From Escherichia coli (lineage in GTDB: Bacteria; Pseudomonadota; Gammaproteobacteria; Enterobacterales; Enterobacteriaceae), in NCBI RefSeq assembly GCF_051903065.1, contig NZ_CP178438.1: a DNA stretch of 64,000 nucleotides; one strand, 5' to 3'. Positions 56,676-64,000 of the stretch are shown here, piece by piece. Numbering within the stretch: the stretch's first letter is position 1; each line of letters starts with the position of its first letter. A program made the position numbers and the translations under genes. The notes beneath the pieces are model-generated. The model did no database searches. It saw nothing but the letters and a program-made list of their open reading frames with translations, and was not told the origin of the DNA.

Positions 56676-57179
56676 ATGAAATGGCGCAAACGTGGGTATT
56701 TATTGGCGGCAATATTGGCGCTCGCAAGTGCGACGATACAGGCAGCCGATGTCACCATCACGGTGAACGGTAAGGTCGTCGCCAAACCGTGCACAGTTTC
56801 CACCACCAATGCCACGGTTGATCTCGGCGATCTTTATTCTTTCAGTCTGATGTCTGCCGGGGCGGCATCGGCCTGGCATGATGTTGCGCTTGAGTTGACT
56901 AATTGTCCGGTGGGAACGTCGAGGGTCACTGCCAGCTTCAGCGGGGCAGCCGACAGTACCGGATATTATAAAAACCAGGGGACCGCGCAAAACATCCAGT
57001 TAGAGCTACAGGATGACAGTGGCAACACATTGAATACTGGCGCAACCAAAACAGTTCAGGTGGATGATTCCTCACAATCAGCGCACTTCCCGTTACAGGT
57101 CAGAGCATTGACGGTAAATGGCGGAGCCACTCAGGGAACCATTCAGGCAGTGATTAGCATCACCTATACCTACAGCTGA
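56676..57179 (+). CDS. fimG: Fimbrial minor subunit FimG
   Basis: ATG 56676 (MKWRKRGYLLAAILALASATIQA…), 167 aa. Confidence 0.9.
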   Translation: MKWRKRGYLLAAILALASATIQAADVTITVNGKVVAKPCTVSTTNATVDLGDLYSFSLMSAGAASAWHDVALELTNCPVGTSRVTASFSGAADSTGYYKNQGTAQNIQLELQDDSGNTLNTGATKTVQVDDSSQSAHFPLQVRALTVNGGATQGTIQAVISITYTYS

Positions 57180-57198
57180 ACCCGAAGAGATGATTGTA

Positions 57199-58101
57199 AT
57201 GAAACGAGTTATTACCCTGTTTGCTGTACTGCTGATGGGCTGGTCGGTAAATGCCTGGTCATTCGCCTGTAAAACCGCCAATGGTACCGCTATCCCTATT
57301 GGCGGTGGCAGCGCCAATGTTTATGTAAATCTTGCGCCCGCCGTGAATGTGGGGCAAAACCTGGTCGTAGATCTTTCGACGCAAATCTTTTGCCATAACG
57401 ATTATCCGGAAACCATTACAGACTATGTCACACTGCAACGAGGCTCGGCTTATGGCGGCGTGTTATCTAATTTTTCCGGGACCGTAAAATATAGTGGCAG
57501 TAGCTATCCATTTCCGACCACCAGCGAAACGCCGCGGGTTGTTTATAATTCGAGAACGGATAAGCCGTGGCCGGTGGCGCTTTATTTGACGCCTGTGAGC
57601 AGTGCGGGCGGGGTGGCGATTAAAGCTGGCTCATTAATTGCCGTGCTTATTTTGCGACAGACCAACAACTATAACAGCGATGATTTCCAGTTTGTGTGGA
57701 ATATTTACGCCAATAATGATGTGGTGGTGCCTACTGGCGGCTGCGATGTTTCTGCTCGTGATGTCACCGTTACTCTGCCGGACTACCCTGGTTCAGTGCC
57801 AATTCCTCTTACCGTTTATTGTGCGAAAAGCCAAAACCTGGGGTATTACCTCTCCGGCACAACCGCAGATGCGGGCAACTCGATTTTCACCAATACCGCG
57901 TCGTTTTCACCAGCGCAGGGCGTCGGCGTACAGTTGACGCGCAACGGTACGATTATTCCAGCGAATAACACGGTATCGTTAGGAGCAGTAGGGACTTCGG
58001 CGGTAAGTCTGGGATTAACGGCAAATTACGCACGTACCGGCGGGCAGGTGACTGCAGGGAATGTGCAATCGATTATTGGCGTGACTTTTGTTTATCAATA
58101 A
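57199..58101 (+). CDS. fimH: Mannose-specific adhesin FimH
   Basis: ATG 57199 (MKRVITLFAVLLMGWSVNAWS…), 300 aa. Confidence 0.95.
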   Translation: MKRVITLFAVLLMGWSVNAWSFACKTANGTAIPIGGGSANVYVNLAPAVNVGQNLVVDLSTQIFCHNDYPETITDYVTLQRGSAYGGVLSNFSGTVKYSGSSYPFPTTSETPRVVYNSRTDKPWPVALYLTPVSSAGGVAIKAGSLIAVLILRQTNNYNSDDFQFVWNIYANNDVVVPTGGCDVSARDVTVTLPDYPGSVPIPLTVYCAKSQNLGYYLSGTTADAGNSIFTNTASFSPAQGVGVQLTRNGTIIPANNTVSLGAVGTSAVSLGLTANYARTGGQVTAGNVQSIIGVTFVYQ

Positions 58102-58167
58102 AGAAATCACAGGGCATTGCTAATGCAGGTACGCAAATATTACCTGAAGCTAAAAACCTGCACGTTA

Positions 58168-58210
58168 GCCCTTTGTAGGCCAGATAAGACGCGTCAGCGT
58201 CGCATCTGGC
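58168..58210. repeat. REP (repetitive extragenic palindromic) element
   Basis: GCCCTTTGTAGGCCAGATAAGACGCGTCAGCGTCGCATCTGGC between the convergent fimH and gntP. Confidence 0.5.
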
Positions 58211-58275
58211 ATAAACAAAGCGCACTTTGCCGACAATCCGAACTGAGCCTGCCATTGGCAGGCTCTGGTGTTCTT

Positions 58276-59619
58276 TTACGCTACCATGCTAATAATCAAC
58301 ACAATAATCAGCCCAACCACGGAGTTGACCAGCTCCAGCAGTCCCCAGGTTTTCAACGTGTCTTTTACTGACAGGTCAAAGTAACCTTTGAACAGCCAGA
58401 ATGAGGCATCATTAATGTGGGTGAGGGTGTTGGAACCCGCAGCCGTCGCCAGCACCAGCAGCGCCGGATTCACGCCAATCAGCTGACCAGTTGCTGGATC
58501 AAGGATTGCAGCACTGATAATCCCGGCGGCGGTCATCGCCGAAACGACACCCTGACCCGTCGCCAGACGAATTAGCACAGTGATCAGCCATGCCATAATG
58601 TAGGGCGAGATATTGCCGTGGGACATCAACATGCCGATGGTGTCGCCAATGCCGGTGTCGATGATAGTTTGCTTCAGCACGCCACCCGCACCGATGATCA
58701 GAATCACCATTGCAATGCTTTTCACCGCACTTTCAAAAGCGTTCATCACCCATTGCATGTCATGACCACGTGCGGTGCCAAAGAGTACGAATGCAACCAC
58801 CATCGCAATAAACATTGCAATCGGCGAGGAACCGATAAAGTTAACCACTTCCCAGGCAGGGGTATCTTTTACCAGCCAGATATTGGCGATGGTGGTAGAG
58901 ATCATAATGATCGCCGGGATCAGCGGCACCAGAATCGAAACGCCGAAAGAGGGCAGATTGTTCATATCTACCGGTTGATCTGCTTTCAGGAATGATGGCG
59001 TTGGGCGCTCAAGATTGCCGAGGAACTTCGGCAGGATCAGACCTGCGCAGATTACACTTGGGATCGTCACCAGTACGCCATAGATATAAACCATCCCCAT
59101 ATCTGCGCCATAAGCATTCACCAGCGCCACCGGACCCGGCTGCGGTGGGAACAGTGAATGTGCGGTAGTGGCAGCTGCTACTGCCGGGATCGCCAGTTTC
59201 AGGAACGGAATTTTAGCTTCGGCGGCAATAACAATAACCAGCGGCGCTAACATGATAAAGGCCACTTCATAGAACATCGCCAGACCAAAAATCAGGCCGA
59301 TGATAATCACTGACAGCTGTACATAGCGCAGACCGAGACGCGCCAGCAACGTATGCGCTATCTGGTGAGCCGCGCCGGAGTCGACCATCAATTTACCGAT
59401 GACCGCACCGAACACCACGATGATAGCCAGTTCCCCCAGCGTGTTGCCGAAGCCCGCTTTCATGGTGTGCAGCAGCGACATCAAATCCATGCCCGCCAGC
59501 ATCCCGACGGACAGCGCCGCCACCAACAAAGCCACCATTGAATTGATTTTGAACTTCAAATTCAGTACCAGCATCAGACCAATGCCGAATACCACCCAGA
59601 GAATGTTAAGCACATGCAT
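58276..59619 (-). CDS. gntP: Gluconate/fructuronate transporter GntP
   Basis: 447-aa multi-pass membrane protein; synteny with uxuAB. Confidence 0.95.
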   Translation of the reverse strand: MHVLNILWVVFGIGLMLVLNLKFKINSMVALLVAALSVGMLAGMDLMSLLHTMKAGFGNTLGELAIIVVFGAVIGKLMVDSGAAHQIAHTLLARLGLRYVQLSVIIIGLIFGLAMFYEVAFIMLAPLVIVIAAEAKIPFLKLAIPAVAAATTAHSLFPPQPGPVALVNAYGADMGMVYIYGVLVTIPSVICAGLILPKFLGNLERPTPSFLKADQPVDMNNLPSFGVSILVPLIPAIIMISTTIANIWLVKDTPAWEVVNFIGSSPIAMFIAMVVAFVLFGTARGHDMQWVMNAFESAVKSIAMVILIIGAGGVLKQTIIDTGIGDTIGMLMSHGNISPYIMAWLITVLIRLATGQGVVSAMTAAGIISAAILDPATGQLIGVNPALLVLATAAGSNTLTHINDASFWLFKGYFDLSVKDTLKTWGLLELVNSVVGLIIVLIISMVA

Positions 59620-59958
59620 AACGTTTTACCTTACCTGGTTGAACCGTTGTTATTTTGGGCGACATGTTATGTAAATTGGTCAACCATTGTTGCGATGAAT
59701 GTCACATCCTCTGATCAATAACCATCGATTACCCTTTGCTGCAATTTGCAGCAACAACCAGGAGAGTGAAATTCTTGTGATGTGGTTAACCAATTTTAGA
59801 ATTCGGGTTGACATGTCTTACCAAAAGGTAGAACTTATACGCCATCTCATCCGATGCAACGCCACGGCTGCGGTCTGGTTGTTCATCCGGATACCTAAAC
59901 AACTCCAGGGTTCCGCGTCTCTTTGCTGTGGAACCCACTATGTGAAAGAGGAAAAATC

Positions 59959-61143
59959 ATGGAACAGACCTGGCGCTGGTACGGCCCAAACGATCCGGTT
60001 TCTTTAGCTGATGTCCGTCAGGCGGGCGCAACTGGCGTGGTTACCGCGCTGCACCATATCCCGAACGGCGAAGTATGGTCCGTAGAAGAGATCCTCAAAC
60101 GCAAGGCGATCGTTGAAGACGCAGGCCTGGTGTGGTCTGTCGTAGAAAGCGTGCCAATTCATGAAGATATCAAAACCCATACCGGCAACTATGAGCAGTG
60201 GATCGCTAACTATCAGCAGACTCTGCGCAACCTGGCGCAGTGCGGCATTCGCACCGTGTGCTACAACTTCATGCCGGTGCTCGACTGGACCCGTACTGAC
60301 CTCGAATACGTGCTGCCAGACGGCTCCAAAGCTCTGCGCTTCGACCAGATCGAATTCGCTGCATTCGAAATGCATATCCTGAAACGTCCAGGCGCGGAAG
60401 CGGATTACACCGAAGAAGAAATTGCTCAGGCAGCTGAACGCTTCGCCACTATGAGCGACGAAGACAAAGCGCGTCTGACGCGTAACATCATTGCCGGTCT
60501 GCCGGGCGCGGAAGAAGGGTATACCCTCGACCAGTTCCGTAAGCACCTGGAGCTGTACAAAGATATCGATAAAGCGAAGCTGCGCGAAAACTTTGCCGTC
60601 TTCCTGAAAGCGATTATTCCAGTTGCTGAAGAAGTTGGCGTGCGTATGGCGGTTCACCCGGACGATCCGCCGCGCCCGATCCTTGGCCTGCCGCGCATTG
60701 TTTCCACCATTGAAGATATGCAGTGGATGGTTGATACCGTAAACAGCATGGCGAACGGTTTCACCATGTGCACCGGTTCCTACGGCGTGCGTGCTGACAA
60801 CGATCTGGTTGATATGATCAAGCAGTTCGGTCCGCGTATTTACTTCACCCATCTGCGCTCCACCATGCGTGAAGATAACCCGAAAACCTTCCACGAAGCG
60901 GCGCACCTGAACGGTGACGTTGATATGTACGAAGTGGTGAAAGCGATTGTTGAAGAAGAACACCGTCGTAAAGCGGAAGGCAAAGAAGACCTGATCCCGA
61001 TGCGTCCGGACCACGGTCATCAGATGCTGGACGACCTGAAGAAGAAAACCAACCCAGGTTACTCCGCAATTGGTCGTCTGAAAGGCCTGGCCGAAGTTCG
61101 CGGTGTCGAACTGGCGATCCAGCGCGCTTTCTTTAGCCGTTAA
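59959..61143 (+). CDS. uxuA: Mannonate dehydratase UxuA
   Basis: ATG 59959 ([23 protein letters not shown]…), 394 aa. Confidence 0.95.
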
Positions 61144-61223
61144 TATCCACCGGCATGGCTGCGCGCCGTGCCGGTTCCTTCTTCCTTGCCGTCACTCTCT
61201 GAAGACGGATTCTGGAGTTTACG

Positions 61224-62684
61224 ATGACTACTATTGTTGACAGCAATCTGCCGGTTGCCCGCCCGTCATGGGATCATTCTCGTCTGGAATCACGCATTGT
61301 GCATCTCGGTTGCGGGGCGTTTCACCGCGCGCACCAGGCGCTGTATACCCATCATCTGCTGGAAAGCACCGACAGCGACTGGGGCATCTGCGAAGTTAAC
61401 CTGATGCCAGGCAACGACCGCGTGCTGATCGAAAACCTGAAAAAACAGCAACTGCTGTACACCGTAGCGGAAAAAGGCGCAGAAAGCACCGAGCTGAAAA
61501 TTATCGGTTCGATGAAAGAAGCGCTGCATCCGGAAATCGACGGCTGCGAAGGTATTCTCAACGCGATGGCGCGTCCGCAAACGGCGATTGTCTCTCTAAC
61601 GGTCACGGAAAAAGGCTACTGCGCTGATGCGGCAAGCGGTCAACTGGATCTCAATAACTCGCTGATCAAGCACGATCTGGAAAACCCGACTGCGCCGAAG
61701 TCCGCGATTGGTTACATCGTCGAAGCCTTGCGTCTGCGTCGTGAAAAAGGGCTGAAAGCATTTACGGTGATGTCCTGCGATAACGTGCGTGAAAACGGTC
61801 ATGTGGCGAAGGTCGCGGTACTGGGGCTGGCTCAGGCGCGTGACCCGCAGCTAGCGGCATGGATTGAAGAGAACGTCACCTTCCCGTGCACCATGGTTGA
61901 CCGCATCGTTCCGGCGGCGACGCCAGAAACCTTACAGGAAATTGCTGACCAGCTGGGTGTTTACGACCCGTGCGCCATTGCCTGCGAACCGTTCCGTCAG
62001 TGGGTGATTGAAGATAACTTCGTTAATGGTCGTCCGGACTGGGATAAAGTGGGAGCACAGTTCGTTGCAGACGTTGTGCCGTTCGAAATGATGAAGCTGC
62101 GTATGCTGAACGGCAGCCACTCTTTCCTGGCATACCTCGGTTACCTCGGCGGCTATGAAACTATTGCCGACACCATGACTAACCCGGATTATCGCAAAGC
62201 GGCCTTCTCCCTGATGATGCAGGAACAAGCGCCAACGCTGTCGATGCCGGAAGGTACGGACCTGAACGCCTATGCGACGCTGCTGATCGAGCGTTTCAGC
62301 AACCCGTCTCTGCGTCACCGTACCTGGCAGATTGCGATGGACGGCAGCCAGAAGTTACCGCAGCGTCTGCTGGACCCGGTGCGTCTGCACCTGCAAAACG
62401 GCGGCAGCTGGCGTCACCTGGCGCTGGGCGTGGCTGGCTGGATGCGTTACACCCAGGGCGTGGATGAGCAGGGTAATGCCATTGACGTGGTCGACCCGAT
62501 GCTGGCCGAGTTCCAGAAGATTAACGCGCAGTATCAGGGCGCAGACCGCGTGAAAGCGCTGCTGGGCCTGAGCGGTATTTTTGCCGATGATCTGCCGCAA
62601 AATGCGGACTTTGTTGGCGCGGTGACTGCGGCATATCAGCAGCTGTGCGAACGCGGTGCGCGCGAGTGTGTGGCTGCGCTGTAA
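61224..62684 (+). CDS. uxuB: D-mannonate oxidoreductase UxuB
   Basis: 486 aa. Confidence 0.95.
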   Translation: MTTIVDSNLPVARPSWDHSRLESRIVHLGCGAFHRAHQALYTHHLLESTDSDWGICEVNLMPGNDRVLIENLKKQQLLYTVAEKGAESTELKIIGSMKEALHPEIDGCEGILNAMARPQTAIVSLTVTEKGYCADAASGQLDLNNSLIKHDLENPTAPKSAIGYIVEALRLRREKGLKAFTVMSCDNVRENGHVAKVAVLGLAQARDPQLAAWIEENVTFPCTMVDRIVPAATPETLQEIADQLGVYDPCAIACEPFRQWVIEDNFVNGRPDWDKVGAQFVADVVPFEMMKLRMLNGSHSFLAYLGYLGGYETIADTMTNPDYRKAAFSLMMQEQAPTLSMPEGTDLNAYATLLIERFSNPSLRHRTWQIAMDGSQKLPQRLLDPVRLHLQNGGSWRHLALGVAGWMRYTQGVDEQGNAIDVVDPMLAEFQKINAQYQGADRVKALLGLSGIFADDLPQNADFVGAVTAAYQQLCERGARECVAAL

Positions 62685-62708
62685 CTAACTGATTACCCTA
62701 CAGACTTA

Positions 62709-62753
62709 CTGGTCAATCAAACTGATATTTGGTTGACCAGTTTTCGTTTTTTT
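62709..62753 (+). terminator. Rho-independent terminator after uxuB
   Basis: CTGGTCAA…TTGACCAG hairpin followed by TTTTCGTTTTTTT. Confidence 0.65.
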
Positions 62754-62810
62754 GCCCACCTGTACGTGCCAACTTCCAGTGCTAATGGTATAGTTTGAGA
62801 TTAACGGGGG

Positions 62811-62851
62811 CCGTAAAATTGCCCGTTGTAGGCCGGATAAGGCGTTCACGC
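62811..62851. repeat. REP element
   Basis: GCCCGTTGTAGGCCGGATAAGGCGTTCACGCCGCATCCGGC between uxuB and uxuR. Confidence 0.5.
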
Positions 62852-62898
62852 CGCATCCGGCAAAAATTTGATTAACCGCACCTAACGGACACAACACC

Positions 62899-63672
62899 AT
62901 GAAATCTGTCACCTCTGCGCAAAGACCTTACCAGGAAGTCGGGGCGATGATCCGCGATCTGATCATAAAGACGCCGTACAATCCTGGCGAACGGCTGCCG
63001 CCGGAGCGTGAAATTGCAGAAATGCTTGATGTCACGCGGACGGTGGTACGTGAAGCGCTGATCATGCTGGAGATCAAAGGGCTGGTGGAAGTGCGCCGGG
63101 GTGCCGGTATCTATGTTCTTGATAGCTCAGGCAGCCACAACACAGACAGTCCGGATGCCAACGTCTGCAATGATGCGGGTCCTTTTGAGCTGTTACAGGC
63201 GCGTCAGTTACTGGAAAGTAACATCGCCGAGTTTGCCGCCCTGCAGGCTACCCGCGAAGATATCGTCAAAATGCGTCAGGCATTGCAACTGGAAGAGCGT
63301 GAACTGGCTTCCAGTGCGCCGGGCAGCAGCGAAAGCGGTGACATGCAGTTCCATCTCGCTATTGCCGAAGCAACGCATAACAGCATGCTGGTGGAGCTGT
63401 TTCGTCAGTCCTGGCAGTGGCGGGAAAACAACCCAATGTGGATCCAGTTGCACAGCCATCTGGATGACAGCCTGTATCGCAAAGAGTGGTTGGGCGATCA
63501 CAAACAGATCCTCGCCGCGTTAATCAAAAAAGATGCCCGAGCGGCGAAGCTGGCAATGTGGCAGCATCTGGAAAACGTTAAGCAACGTCTGCTGGAATTC
63601 TCGAACGTTGACGATATTTATTTTGACGGCTATCTGTTTGATTCATGGCCGCTGGATAAAGTCGACGCCTGA
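62899..63672 (+). CDS. uxuR: GntR-family repressor UxuR
   Basis: 257 aa (MKSVTSAQRPYQEVGAMIRDLIIK…). Confidence 0.95.
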   Translation: MKSVTSAQRPYQEVGAMIRDLIIKTPYNPGERLPPEREIAEMLDVTRTVVREALIMLEIKGLVEVRRGAGIYVLDSSGSHNTDSPDANVCNDAGPFELLQARQLLESNIAEFAALQATREDIVKMRQALQLEERELASSAPGSSESGDMQFHLAIAEATHNSMLVELFRQSWQWRENNPMWIQLHSHLDDSLYRKEWLGDHKQILAALIKKDARAAKLAMWQHLENVKQRLLEFSNVDDIYFDGYLFDSWPLDKVDA

Positions 63673-63683
63673 CTTATTATAAT

Positions 63684-63716
63684 AAGCGCAAGGGTAAACG
63701 TTCCTTGCGCTTTCTT
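63684..63716. terminator. Hairpin terminator between the convergent uxuR and downstream gene
   Basis: AAGCGCAAGG-gtaaacgtt-CCTTGCGCTT followed by TTCTT. Confidence 0.5.
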
Positions 63717-63812
63717 AAATTAAGAAGTCGCAATGAGTATTACTTTGTAAATTGCAGGGTATTGTTTAAATATCTGTATAACCTGAATATTAGTACTCAT
63801 TCTTCTCAGTGG

Positions 63813-64000
63813 CTATTTACCAATATAATTCCATTCACCATTTTTTAATTCAAACAGTTCTGGAAGAGATGACGGTTGCAGAGTCATGCGTTTGAGTGGC
63901 GCATCTTCATCACCGGGGATAACTTTATATCCCATTTTTGCATGGATCTCCGCGGTACCAGGATAGGCTTCTATACCAATGATTGGGTCATTTCCCATCT
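63813..64000 (-). CDS. 3' end of a minus-strand CDS continuing past the window edge (yjiC-like by synteny, not verified)
   Basis: Open frame on the minus strand to stop at 63813-63815 (…ELKNGEWNYIGK*); the Met at 63998 is probably internal. Confidence 0.6.
   Translation of the reverse strand, partial: MGNDPIIGIEAYPGTAEIHAKMGYKVIPGDEDAPLKRMTLQPSSLPELFELKNGEWNYIGK

Noticed and set aside
60004-61020. 338-aa ORF on the minus strand
   Set aside because: Antisense to uxuA, a conserved housekeeping gene; shadow frame.

Overview
Escherichia coli chromosomal window (identified by the conserved nanS-nanM-nanC / fimBE-fimS-fimAICDFGH / gntP / uxuAB / uxuR block at 45-64 kb). The first 32 kb is the distal part of a leuX-associated genomic island, ending at a 24-bp leuX 3'-end repeat (32099-32122). 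It is an IS-rich mosaic: two divergent inverted IS1 copies bracketing three uncharacterised genes, a trimeric autotransporter adhesin, nested IS3/IS110-family remnants, an IS911-like element whose orfB is split by a group II intron, three paralogous YagK/YfjJ (Gp2-like) genes with long AT-rich ORF-free leaders, an H-NS paralog, IS21/IS256/IS2 fragments, an Mrr-like nuclease gene, and a CP4-type module (YeeP GTPase through the CbeA/CbtA toxin-antitoxin pair). Between the island boundary and nanS lies a ~13 kb defense island: an EcoR124-like Type IC hsdM-hsdS-hsdR operon (hsdM apparently frameshifted at its 5' end), an unknown gene, a McrBC-like pair with a non-canonical N-terminal domain, and two divergent HNH nucleases. 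The fim switch appears to be in the OFF orientation. No rRNA, intact tRNA or CRISPR array was found. All homology calls are by eye and from memory of protein families; no database search was run.
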